Below are positions 11,759 through 23,856 of a DNA stretch of 64,000 nt, piece after piece. The stretch's first letter is position 1, and the number at the start of each line of letters is the position of its first letter. Source of the stretch: Neodothiora populina. Its lineage: Eukaryota. The DNA is taken from contig NW_027191408.1 in assembly GCF_041146345.1 (NCBI RefSeq), positions 310,001 through 374,000 of the forward strand. The letters run 5' to 3'. The translations under genes and the position numbers were made by a program. The notes beneath the pieces were generated by a model, which saw only the letters and a program-made list of their open reading frames with translations, was not told the origin of the DNA and made no database searches.

Positions 11759-12975
11759 TCACCAGTTCCCGCTTCTGCCATATGGTGTCGCACCGTAAGG
11801 CGTGGCGCCGCCTGCACCACCAGCGCCTGCACCGGCGCCTCCTCCCCAAGCGCTCGTCGCGCCTCCGGCATAAGGAGTCGTGAAGCCGCCTGCGCCATTA
11901 ATGTCGCCATAGGTGGTGTTGCCTCCGTAGGCGGTGCCTGCTCCTCCGGCGCCGGCCATGTCCATCATATCTGGGCTTTGGCCGCCGTTGCCGAGATAGT
12001 TGTTGGAGAGGTTGTTGGTGCTGTTCTGGTCGACGCCCGAGAGCTCCTGGATCAGAGTGGCGAGTTTTTGTTGCAGGACTCGGATGCCCGAGTGCATGAT
12101 TTGGTCGGGCGGCATGACGCCTGTGCCTTCTAGGTTTATGTAGTATTGGTTCTGTGGTGGAAGAGACGGTCAGTATGTCTGGGAGGACAAGGAAAAGAAA
12201 CAGGTGACAAACTCACGGGCTCTGCGTCGTAGTCGAAGACTTCGCCCTCCTGCGGAGGCTCCTCCCACTGCGCGTTCTTGCTCTCGGGCCACTCTTCCAC
12301 CTTGTCGGACTCGTACCACAGATCCGCGTGTCGGAGCTTGTTGTGCGGGTCGTACTCGAAGCCCATGGCGGCCGTGGGCATCCACTTGGCGTGCTCTTTT
12401 GCGATTCCCTTCTTTGCGATGCAGCGCAGCTTCAGCTCTTGTCCTCTGCGCAACTTGCACAGCAGAGCGCCCTGGCCTTCGGGATCCATGACGACAGGCT
12501 CGCCGCGCGGAGGTAGATTGTCGTCGATGGCGGCAGATGCGGCGGCGCCGTACGGGGTGCGCGAAGTGGAGAAAGCAGAGTCGATGTAGAGGTCTTTGGC
12601 GAAGACCTTGACGATCTCGTCGGAGCTGCGATTCGAAGCGTTGAGCCTCAGAATGACGGCGCAGTTCTCGCAGTATTGATCGCAGTCGCAGTCGCGGGTG
12701 TAGAGCAGGTCGTCGATGTTCTTTGCCGACAGAGGGATCAGACCGAGACGGTGGGCGAGGAACTCGTCGGCGAGCACAGAGGTGTTTGATTCGATTTCGA
12801 CAAGGTCAATGGCCAGGGTCGGGACTTCTGCCATGATGGTACGACGCACCGAGTTTGCGAGGGCGAGAGAGGTGTTGGAAAGGACAAAATTGGCCGTCGT
12901 TCGGTTCGTGTCGCGGATGACTATGCGCGGGCCAGAGTCCTCGGTGTCGAGGGTGTTGTATTGATCGTACTCCAT
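11759..12975 (-). CDS. RPB3: RNA polymerase II subunit Rpb3; 2 exons
   Basis: LANSVRRTIMAEVPTLAIDLVEIESNTSVLADEFLAHRLGLIPL, Zn site CDCDQYCENC, CKLRRGQEL...KKGIAKEHAKW. Intron 12152-12216 (GTGAGT...CTGAC...CAG). Confidence 0.96.
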
Positions 12976-13594
12976 CGCTTCTGCTGCTGCGCCCACTGAT
13001 GTGTTGTTCTCCGCTGCTCTTTCTTGTTGCTTCTGCTGCTCTTGTTGCTTCTGCTGCTATCGGGGAGCAGGTGGTGATGGAGTGGTAGAGTGAATGCGAT
13101 CGATTGCCCGCGCTGGTGTTGTGGTACTGCCGCGGGTGTTGTTGGTTGGAGGTCGCAAAGGGATTAGGTAAGCAACAACTCGGGTGAGTGATGAGTGCTG
13201 AGTGATGTGCCTCCAAGGTGATGTTGACTTGGGTGTGATGGAGTAAATGAAGTGAATTAATGGACTGATTGTTTAATGGGTAAATGAGAATCCCCGAAGC
13301 CCTTCTTCCCCACGTCCACCTTTAATCTTCGATTCGGAAGTCACTGCGACTCTTACTCGCAAAAGCGGCAGGAGCAGGAGCCGGAGCAGGAGCAGCAAAA
13401 CTCCAACCAAATCCAAAGCAAACCCGAGCAAACAGTCCAAACTCTGGCGTCACTTTCACTGTCACGGAAACTACAGGTACGACTTGCACCTTCCTTGCCA
13501 TATTCTTGTCTCTCTTTCTGCTGATAACCCATCTGTTCCCCCAAGAATACACCGGCTATCCGTAGTCACATCCATCAACTCACATACACACCAT

Positions 13595-13734
13595 ATGCGC
13601 ACTCACATATGGCGCAAGTCGTTCGTGCGGCTCTCACAAAGACACCAACCTCTGCCTGTGCAACGCCGTCATTTTCACCTGGCACAGCGCTCCCTCGCCG
13701 CAAACACTCCCACTGATCCCGCCAACCCCTCGTC

Positions 13735-13772
<38 letters not shown>

Positions 13773-16700
13773 CACCATCGGCCGGCAGAGATGGCGCTGC
13801 TGCAGGAAGAGAAAGAGAAAGACTAGGGGCAGAGAAGGAGTCGAGGACGAGTCAGCAAGCAGAAGAAGTCGGAGACGACTCGAGGCCCAAGAGACTGTCC
13901 GCCCGCCGCACCAGGCTCTACTCCAAACCCACCAGAGAGGTGCCTTCCTTCGCCGTCCCTCACTGGTTCCTCAAGCACAACGTCCGTCTGCAGGAGGATC
14001 CTCCTTCTGCTGCCAAAGCCCCTGCCGCTGCACGATCATCCTCGACTCCAGACCTTACTCCCGTTCGCCGAACCTTCAGTCTTGTTGACCGAGACACCGG
14101 CCATGTCGTCTTGACTCTGCCCTTTACCGACCTCGAACCCACTCCTGCCAAGCTCCCTCAGCCCAGCAACAGACTCGGCGACTTTTTCTCTTCCTCCTCG
14201 ACAGATTCGACGACTCCCATAGCGGCAGACAAGACGGAGAGAGATCAGCCCGCCGAGAAGAGCACCCAAGAACAGGCCCAGCCCACATCGAAACCTGTCA
14301 GGCGCGCCGCCAGACAACTCTCACCATCCCCTCCGCACACTCCGCAAGAGCCTGCGCTGCTGCTCTTCCTGCACTTGCAGCTCTTGTTGAACGCCACATT
14401 CAACATCACCGGTCCTGCTGCCGCTAACCTGGAGAAGCCTGACATTGCTCTGCACACCTCGGATCACTTTGCACACGACCCCCTGGACCGCTTTGTCGAG
14501 CAGCTCTCCCGCCTTGTCCATGCCGACTTGATACGGCTGGATGCGAACGATGTGGCAGAACTGGCCGCCGACTACATCGACACCACCGACCCCGCCTCCC
14601 CCTCCATATCATCTTTGCCATACGATGTCTACAAGGGCGTGGGTGCCGTCAAGGCCTTTGACATAGATCTGCCCGATGATTTTCTCTCCGACGATGCACA
14701 AGATCCCCAGGACATGGACCCCGATGCCATGGAGGACGCCTTCGCCGCAGCAGGCGGTGGTGCTTCCCCTTTCGGAAATATCGATGTGTCTCAACTGGGC
14801 AAGTACTTGCAACAAAACGCTGACAAGCTGAGCAAAGCTTTGGGTGATGGCCGTCGTCCCATAGCCATCAACCTGTCCAACCTTCGCGACATGCGTGCCA
14901 ACTCTCCTTCCTCTGAGCACAAGTCGGCTTCGTCGCCCTTCACAATCACCTCCTGGGAAGAGTTGAAGTTGCAGACTTTGCTGGACACTCTGCTAGATAG
15001 CGCTGCTGCTAGGAGAGACTCCGCCGCTCAGAACACAACCCAGAACGCCACCTTCCTGCGCAACTCTTTCCGCGCTGCCAAGCTTCCTGCAGAGTTCACT
15101 GCCGAAGCATCTGCTGCGCAGCCGAGCGAAGATCAGCTCGCAAGATTGTTGAAGACTTATCTGGCTACGCGCGTCGAATTTGCAACCAAAGACAGCACCA
15201 TCGAGAGTCGTACTGCCGACGTCGAGTCCACTAACAAAACAACATCTACACCCATCCCAGAGCCCGGCACGCGAACGATCCTGCATATTCGAGACCTCGA
15301 GGCCATTCGACGCACCCCTCAGGGTGAGGCCATCATCCGTATCCTCTCCAAAGTCGTTCAGAGACGTCGCAAGGACGGCCAGCAGATCGTCATGGTGGGC
15401 ACCACCGCCGGCTATCAGTCCAGCTTCATGGATGACATCGAAGCTGAGGAGGAGAACGAATCCACCTTCAGATCCATGCAGTACATAAGCCCGTCCACTG
15501 TCACATCTACCTACACATCTCCCGGCTTGCCCTTGACCAAGCTGGACCGATCCTTGTCGAAACCAGGCTATCATCGTCTGCTCGACATCAATTTGCGAAA
15601 CGTGCAGGCCATGATTCGCCGATTGGGTCTTGCTACCTCGGAGTCACTCTTCGACTCGACCACCCGCAGTCACTTGAACTTCCCCGGTACCTGGAAGTTT
15701 GGCGACGTTGCCTTGTCTCAGGATGAAGTCCAGCAGATAGTCATCTTCGCCGAAAGTCTACGGACAACCTACACTGACAGCCCGAGCCTGGAGACATTCC
15801 ACATAGCTTTCGCCGCAGCTCTTCAGAACACCATCGACTCGACTCTTGCCCCCTTGACGGGCTTCCAGGTCGAGCCCGCGATTCCCGCAGCGAGACCACG
15901 TGGCTCGTCCAAGGGGTCCAGCGACTCCAAGCGTGGCTCCAGCAAGCTGAATCTGGATCAGTTGAAGAAGACGTGCGACAAGCACGAGAAGAAGTTGCTG
16001 AGCGGCGTCGTCGACCCTCAGAGCCTCAGGACAACCTTTTCAGACGTGCACGCTGCATCCGAGACTAAAGAAGCACTCAAGACACTGACCAGCCTGTCCT
16101 TGCTACGTCCAGAGGCTTTCTCGTACGGTGTCTTGGCAAACGACCGTTTGCCTGGCCTTTTACTCTACGGTCCACCCGGCACCGGAAAGACGATGCTCGC
16201 AAAAGCCGTTGCCAAAGATTCGCAGGCTACCGTGCTCGAGGTGAGCGGTGCTCAGGTCTACGAAAAGTACGTCGGAGAGGGCGAAAAGATGGTCAAGGCC
16301 GTCTTCAGTCTCGCCAAGAAGCTTTCGCCCTGCGTGGTATTCATCGACGAAGCAGACGCTCTCTTTGGATCACGAGGCGGTGCAAACAATCGGACAACAC
16401 ATCGGGAGATTATCAATCAGTTCTTGCGAGAGTGGGACGGCATGGACGACCATTCAGTCTTCATGATGGTGGCGACCAATCGACCATTTGACCTCGACGA
16501 TGCCGTACTGCGCCGTCTACCCAGACGTCTACTTGTCGACCTACCTGTCGCCAAGGATCGCGAATCTATCCTCGGCATACATCTCAAGGGCGAGATGCTA
16601 GATTCTTCCGTCTCGCTGAACAAGCTCGCAGAAGACACCGCTCTTTACTCGGGATCTGATCTCAAAAACGTCTGTGTGGCCGCTGCGCTCAGCGCCGTCA

Positions 16701-16975
16701 GAGAAGAGAACGATTTACTGGCACAACACAAGGATGACGCAGACTTTAAGCTACCCGAACGTCGAACTTTAACCAACAAGCACTTCGAGAAGGCATTGGC
16801 GGAGATCAGCGCCAGTATCAGTGAGGACATGAGCACGCTGAGCGCCATCAGGAAGTTCGACGAGCAGTATGGAGATCGCCGAGCAAAGAAGAAGAAGACT
16901 ACTTATGGCTTCGGTGGCATCGTTGAGACTAACGAGAACGCCGCTCGAGTCCGACAGGACGACCCCAAGCCTTGA
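13595..16975 (+). CDS. Large intronless AAA+ ATPase (Msp1/spastin-like C-terminal domain) with a probable mitochondrial presequence
   Basis: Walker A GPPGTGKT, Walker B VVFIDEAD, SRH ATNRPFDLDDAVLRRLPRR. The N-terminus MRTHIWRKSFVRLSQR...RRHFHL is Arg-rich and free of acidic residues. Confidence 0.9.
13730..13771 (+). repeat. (TCG)n coding microsatellite encoding Ser14
   Basis: Direct read; poly-Ser tract in the AAA ATPase N-terminus. Confidence 0.9.
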
Positions 16976-18036
16976 TCAAGCCAGGATCTCGTTGTAGTGA
17001 CGAGTGTGTACGGTTGAGTGTTCTGTACAATATTTTAGATTTTCATACTACTAGAAAGCATCATGACCAACATCAGATTAATTCCTACTATACATCCGGG
17101 GTTCCGGCGGACACGGACGTCCGAGATAGGGAGAAACAACCCAAGTCTTGACAATATCATCCTCTGATACAGATATTGCAGATTAATCAGCGCGTGGGAT
17201 TGGGGCTGTACGACTATAGTTCGTGGTAGGAGCCAAGTGGATTACGCAAGTCATCGACGTCTTGCTGCAAGGCTACTTGTACCAAGACATTTGGCGCCGT
17301 CTGTCAGTCGCAGACGAACCCAAAATAGTTTTGTTTTACTGCTGCGCACGCGGAGATCAGCCACGGAGATGGGCCGCGCAAGGTCTGTTGAAAACATGGC
17401 TGGCTGTTCTGATGTTGCATCTTACCGCCTCACTTGCATTTCTAGAGATAGACTGATGGAAGAGTGAGCGGTTGGTCGTGAGAGAAGCTTCACGAGTATA
17501 ACGACTTCTGATCATCCAGTGAACATTAACCTAAAAAAGAAGTGTTCGAGAAGTGGCGGTCGAACAGGTCGTGCACAAAGTGCAAGTATAGTGAGCGCAT
17601 CCGGGTGCCATGGCAGCCAAGCTGCGTTGCCGTGAAGCAGAAGGCTCGGCCTCGCCTTGGCGCTTCCTTTTGGTCCGCGTCGGCGGCGTTTAGAGAGTTG
17701 TTGCTGCTCTCTCTCTCTTTCGCCCATCCACTAGTTGGCCGAAGTTGTCATATGGCCATTCGTTAGATCCATAAGACACACTCTGATCCCTCGTTTCGTT
17801 TACTTGTATAGTGTTTCCTTGTTTTTCTTTTGGATAAAGTGACTCTTTTCCTGTTTTTTTCCTAGATACTAACAATCAAATAAATACTGGTCGCGCCACC
17901 CTCAAGGTTTTATAACGACAGAAGAGATACGGTTATCATACAGTATACCGAGTCGGCGAGCCAGGACCCCTTTCACGTTCGTTGCCGCGTAGCGGAGAAT
18001 TAAAAAAGAAACATCAACGCAATCGCCCGCGCGGCA

Positions 18037-20590
18037 ATGCGCATCTCATCATCCGTTCGTGCCAACACGCTGAACCTCAGTGTATGGACAACGTTATTAC
18101 TTGCCACCTCTCTGGTGTCTGCCAGCTCTGTTATCCGAAATCCCATCCGAGCCTTATCTACAGTCCGAAATAGCACGATACATACTTTCAACAACCACGT
18201 GACTGCTCTATCAAGTTTTGACCTGACTTTCCTGCTTCATGATGATATCGAGATCAAGTTGGCCCTCGAGCCGAATCATGATATTCTTCCCGACTCGGGG
18301 ATTACCGTCACTCACTTGGGTCCGGACGGCGAGATAGTCAGGACTGAGGAAATCGATCGTTTATCGCACAAGGTCTACAGGGGAACTGCATGGGTGAGAC
18401 GAGAGTCATCAGGGAAGGGAGAGAGCGAGTGGATGAATGCTGGATGGGCACGCGCATCGGTCCTCAGGGATGGTGTTGACCCGTTGTTCGAGGGCGCATT
18501 CGCCCTTTACCACAACAACCATCACATCATGACCTCACATAATTATGAGCGCACGAGGCATCCTTTGGACCCGGAGATCGAATCGAGGGACGATGACTTT
18601 ATGCTGGTCTGGAGGGATTCCGACATCATAAGGGATGAGGACATGACTGTCGGTCATACTGAATTGAGGAGAGACCTGCTGGACCAGGGAAGCCTCGCTT
18701 GCAGTTCCGATGTCCTGGACTTCAACACTAACCCAGATCATCCTGTATTTGCTGGAGTCCTGAAGCGCACAGACTTACACTGGGGCAGCATGAGCTTTTC
18801 TTCACTTTTCGCCAAACGACAACTTGACTCTAGCACTGGTGGCAATGGTGCCGGTGTTAGTCTTGTGTCCACCATCGGCCAGACAAACGGATGTCCTAGC
18901 ACTCGCAAAGTCGCTCTGGTCGGTGTCGCCACAGACTGCACCTACACGGCATCCTTCAACTCTACCGAAAGTGTCCGACAGAACGTGATCAACCAAATGA
19001 ACACGGCATCTAATCTATACGAGCGCACCTTTAACATCTCCCTTGGTCTTCAAAACCTCACTGTTTCAGATGCAAGTTGTCCCGGTACACCACCCAGCAC
19101 TACGCCGTGGAACCAGCCATGTAGCGACAGCGTAGACATTCAGGACAGACTAAACATGTTCAGTGCCTGGAGAGGAACTCTGCAGGACAACAACTCGCAC
19201 TGGACTCTTCTTAGTACCTGCAATACTGGCAGCGCCGTCGGTCTCGCATGGCTCGGCCAAGCCTGTGTGACGGGCTCCATCAGCACGAACAGCAGCACCA
19301 CTGGAAATGGGCAATCAGGGTCCGGTCGGGAGACGGTGACGGGAGCCAACGTCGTCATTCGCACTCAAGGCGCCTCGGAATGGCAGGTCATCGCTCACGA
19401 AACCGGTCATACCTTTGGAGCAGTGCATGACTGTACATCAGATGTTTGTACGACACAGTCGACGACGGTCAGCAGCTCTCAGTGCTGTCCATACAGCGCC
19501 AATACCTGCGATGCCGGCGAGAGATATATCATGAATCCCTCGACATCCTCGGGTATCACTGATTTCAGCCCTTGCAGCATCGGCAACATCTGCAGTGCCC
19601 TTGGACGCAACAGCGTGCACTCGAACTGTCTGTCTGACAACAAGGGCGTGACGACAATCAGTGGTCAACAATGCGGCAATGGGATTGTGGAAGAAGGCGA
19701 AGATTGTGACTGTGGTGGAGCAGAAGGCTGTGGAGACAACCAGTGCTGCGAACCGACGACATGCAAGTTCAAGGAGACAGCAGTCTGCGATGACAGCAAC
19801 GAAGGCTGCTGCAACAGTTGCCAATTTGCCAACAACGGAACCATCTGTCGCGCTTCCACCGGTGACTGCGATCCCGCCGAGACATGCACAGGATCGTCTG
19901 CATTCTGTCCTGCAGATGTCAACGCTCCTGATGGTAACAGTTGCGGTTCGGGGGGTGGGCTCACTTGCGCGAGTGGACAATGCACAAGCAGAGACTTGCA
20001 ATGCAAGACGATCATGGGCAGTTACACCACAGGCAACGACACGTACGCCTGCGACCATTCCAGCTGCTCGCTCAGCTGTGCGAGTCCAGAATTTGGTTAC
20101 GGGGTGTGTTACGGTCTGCAGCAGAACTTCCTAGATGGAACCTCATGCAGCGGCGGAGGCAAATGTCAAAACGTAAGTTTTCTTCCTTGCTACTTCACTC
20201 ACGATCCACTGACACAACGAACAGGGCCAATGCAAAGGCACATCAGTAGGCGGCGAAGTGCGCTCGTGGATCGACGACCACAAAGCTCTAGTCATCGGCC
20301 TCGCAGCTGGCATCGGAGGCTTCATTGTCCTCGCTCTCCTCAGCTGTCTGATCTCATGCTGCAGACGCAGACGTAGAATCGCCGCTCCTCCTCGCGCCAT
20401 GATGGCCGCTCCCCCGCCAGGCGGATGGGGCGGCTGGGGCCCAGGTGGTCCACCTGGTGGTGGAGCCAGAGGCGTGCCCCCGCCTCCTCCTCCGCCGTAT
20501 ATGCAGCAGCAGCAACAGCAGAGTGGTGGCGTGTGGTATCCGCCGCCTCAGGCTCCTCCGCCGTCGTATGGGGGTGTGAGATATGGATGA
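18037..20590 (+). CDS. ADAM-family metalloprotease (reprolysin, disintegrin, Cys-rich, TM); 2 exons
   Basis: Signal peptide, KR processing site (FAKR/QLD), zinc motif HETGHTFGAVHD, Met-turn YIMNP, disintegrin CGNGIVEEGEDCDCG. Intron 20173-20224, then the TM helix ALVIGLAAGIGGFIVLALLSCLI. Confidence 0.93.
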
Positions 20591-20639
20591 GGAACACACC
20601 GTGAATAAGTGGGTTTTCGCTGGCTCTCGCATATCGCAA

Positions 20640-20676
20640 GCATTAGCATTCGCATTCGCATTCGCATTCGCATTCG
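20640..20676. repeat. (GCATTC)6 hexanucleotide repeat
   Basis: gcatta gcattc gcattc gcattc gcattc gcattc g. Confidence 0.9.
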
Positions 20677-20765
20677 TGTTATAAGCACACATTACCGATC
20701 CCAGAGACTTTATATATATCCAATTAATTTCATTCGTTCTATTTTTCCTTTTCACTATTTGTGGA

Positions 20766-20930
20766 TCCCTACTGTTGAACACCTCCTACTCGTCAAACTC
20801 TACTCGTGAATTTCAACTCGTAATCTCTACTCGTAAACTCCTACTCATTAATCTCCATTCGTGAATCCCTGCTCACGAATCTCTACTCATGAACCTCCAC
20901 TCATGAACCTCTACTTTAACAGTCCACTCC
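20766..20930. repeat. Degenerate ~14-bp minisatellite, about 11 copies (consensus TCTACTCRTGAATC)
   Basis: Units include tcctactcgtcaaac / tctactcgtgaatt / tcaactcgtaatc / tctactcgtaaac / tcctactcattaatc / tccattcgtgaatc / cctgctcacgaatc / tctactcatgaacc / tccactcatgaacc. Confidence 0.85.
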
Positions 20931-21003
20931 TATCCCTAGCAGATCAAAGATCAGAGATCAGAGCATTGGCTTTCCCTTTTCCAATCGAGTCTTCGCGACT
21001 TTG

Positions 21004-21054
21004 CTTGGCCTGTGAATGTGCTTTGCCTGTGAATATACTTTGCCTGTGGATGTG
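21004..21054. repeat. 17-bp tandem repeat x3 (CTTTGCCTGTGAATGTG)
   Basis: cttggcctgtgaatgtg / ctttgcctgtgaatata / ctttgcctgtggatgtg. Confidence 0.85.
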
Positions 21055-22207
21055 CTTGCTTTCGGATCTCAGAGTTAGACTTGTAAAATAGACAAGTGGT
21101 TGGTGCAGAGGACTGTCCACGGATAGAACTATATATAATTAGATGATTAGTGGATGGATGGATGGACGGACGGGGTGGAGCGGGATATATATATGTGTAT
21201 GCATGTGTATGCTTTAATCCCGGCACGAGGATGAGAGAGAGTTACCAAATCCATGAGAAACGGAAGGAAGTAGTAGGCTCGGTTCGGGGAATCATCATGT
21301 ATGCATAGACAATCGGGGAGAAATACACTGTACAGTGTCTAGTCTTAGGCTCAAGAGAGCAGAAGTCATCAAAGTGACTACTGGACCTCTTGACTGCGGG
21401 TAGCGACTGAGGGGGAGACGGAACAGAGAAGAGAAAAAATGATGATGGAAAGAGTGGGCGGTGGACTGAGGCTTTGTGGACAGGGTCGCTCTCTTTCTTC
21501 TTTCTGGCGAAGGACATGCTGCTTCTGATAAGATATCTTCCCGGAGGTCTGAATGTTTGGATGTAGAGTATACGTCTTTCCCCCTTCGTTCTGATAATGG
21601 AATGTGATCACGTTGGTCTTGCATATTGGTCTTGCCTGTCACAGCACATTGTCTTGGCTGAATGACTTCCGCTGGAGACTTCGGCGGTCCATCGTAGGCG
21701 CGACAGACAAGGCGAGCGCACGGAGTGGAAAGGAAACCGGAAAGGAGCGCATTGAGTTCAAGGTGTGGTTTGTTGTGCCACCTGTCTGTGATTGCGCACT
21801 TAAAATAACTCTAGATCGAGCGTATAACAGAACTGAAGCACAAAAGAAGAAAAAACGCCTTTGGTGCGCCTGCCCTTGTATGTCGCGTGCCTTGGATTTT
21901 CCCTTCCAAGGACATACACATGCACATCCGCTTTCCCCCCTTAGCTGTCGGTCGTCATTTGAGTCCTCTTGTTTCCTTGGATAGAAGTGATGGATGGTCG
22001 ACCATCGTTTTTCACTTTTGTTTTTTGGGTTGCTCTATTTCCCCCCTTTTAGCCCTTTGCTTTGCCGCCTTGGTGTTTCTTTGTGTATACCGTCATGTGA
22101 GTGATGGATGCATGTATTTTGTAGCGAATTTCATCATCATTGTTATTTGTTGAGTCGTTTCAGCGATATGCTTCCGCCTCAATCTTGCTTTGGCACTCCC
22201 TGTGTGA

Positions 22208-23561
22208 CTAATCCAGAGGAGCGTGCTTGAAGAGGAACGACACGCTCTCGCCGTTGTGAGTACGTCTGCATGCTTCGGCCAACTGTTGTGCGCACGATGA
22301 ATCAGTATAGAAAGCAAACGCAGAAAAGAAAGGAGAAAGACTCACGGTGGGACTGATGTCGATAGTCTCGATCCTGGGGCACAGCGCCTTCTTCCACTCG
22401 TGAGGCACCGTGTTCGTGACAACCAGCTTCTCCAATTTCGAATTATTCAGCGCCTCGATGGCGTTGCCGCTGAGAATGCCATGGGTGACGATCGCAATGG
22501 CTGATTTGGCGCCGTGGGTCATGACGACGTCTGCGGCTTTGCAGAGGGTGCCGCATGTATCCGCCATGTCGTCGACGATGATGGCAATCTTGTCCTTTAC
22601 GTCTCCGACCAGAACCATGCGTGATACCTCGTTGGGGCGAGCGCGCTCTTTGTGGATCAGAGCAAAGCCGAGATCGAGTCCGTCGGCTATCGAAGTTGCT
22701 CTGCAGGAAACAAAAAGGTCAGTGACTGTGCTTGGCTCGCGTTTGGCCTGTGACAACACCAGCGCCTCTATTTCTCCCTGAATCTCACCTCTTAGCACCT
22801 CCAGCATCGGGCGACACAATCACACAGTCCTTGACCGGGAGAGCGTCGCGAATCCAGCGCAAAGTGCTCGGCTCAGCATAGAGGTTGTCGACCGGAACAT
22901 TGAAGAAGCCTTGGATCTGCGAAGCGTGCAGATCCATTGTGATGACGTGGTTGCATCCAGCAGTCTGGAGCATGTTCGCCATGAGACGGGCGGTAATGGG
23001 AGCTCTAGACTTGTCCTTTTTGTCCTGACGAGCGTAGGGGAAGTTGGGAAGGACTGCAGTGATGCGGCGGGCGGAGGCGGTCTTGCAGGCGTTGATCATA
23101 ATAAGCAGCTCCATGACGCCGTCGTTGATGTCGCCAGGAGCGGTCGATTGTAGGATGAAAACTGTTCAGGCGCGAAGCGCGCATGTTAGAAGAAAAAAAA
23201 TCCAAACCCGGTCAATAGGATTATCTTTTTTACCATCTTCGTCGCGCACTGATTCACCTATAGAGATTGACGATTCCTGGTTCGAATATTGGAGGACCAT
23301 AACCTTTGCAAGCTCGATGCCCAGTCTTTTTTGTCCCAGAGAGGGATCAAGTCAGCATATGAATAAACACGCATTTCTTCTCTTCTCGCCCATCTCTCTC
23401 TCTTCTCAGCCTTCACAGACTGGATGGAATTCAAGACGGTGAAGAGAAAAGAAAAAAGAAATGTTGCGGGCGGTGCCCATTTGTCCATACCTTTTCGCGA
23501 CCAGCTCAGCCAGCTGCGGGTGACTGTTTCCAGTCAGTAGCTTGATGGAATTCGACGCCAT
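22208..23561 (-). CDS. PRS3: Ribose-phosphate pyrophosphokinase (Prs3-like); 5 exons
   Basis: [94 protein letters not shown]. Four GT-AG introns. The paralog label comes from N-terminal resemblance only. Confidence 0.92.
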
Positions 23562-23856
23562 CTTTGTTTCTGTTCTTCTAATGTCAGGCACGAAAGCAAT
23601 GCAGTAGCAACACAGTTGGGCCTCTTGTGCAGCTGCTACATGCTAAGAGGAATAAATTCTAAAAGCCGACGTCAAACCCGCAGATAAAGACGGCGGGGGA
23701 GTCACTCGGAAGTAGCCGAAGTGAGAACTGGGGTTCACCCAAGACTTCTACAATCCACAATGCGCAGAGGAGCGCTCATTCAAATGCTCAGCACTTGATT
23801 GGATAAAACGTGTTATTGATGATCTAAATTCATCGTTGGCATAATCTGCTCCTATC

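Noticed and set aside
20766..20930. CRISPR-like array
   Set aside because: The units are short, degenerate and contiguous, with no unique spacers. The context is eukaryotic and there are no cas genes.
21325..21338. Perfect 14-bp palindrome ACACTGTACAGTGT
   Set aside because: A few palindromes of this length are expected by chance in 64 kb.
20900..22200. Telomerase RNA or other ncRNA in the long convergent intergenic gap
   Set aside because: I found no TAACCCTAA-type template on either strand and no recognisable snRNA/snoRNA boxes. The small ORFs here do not look coding.
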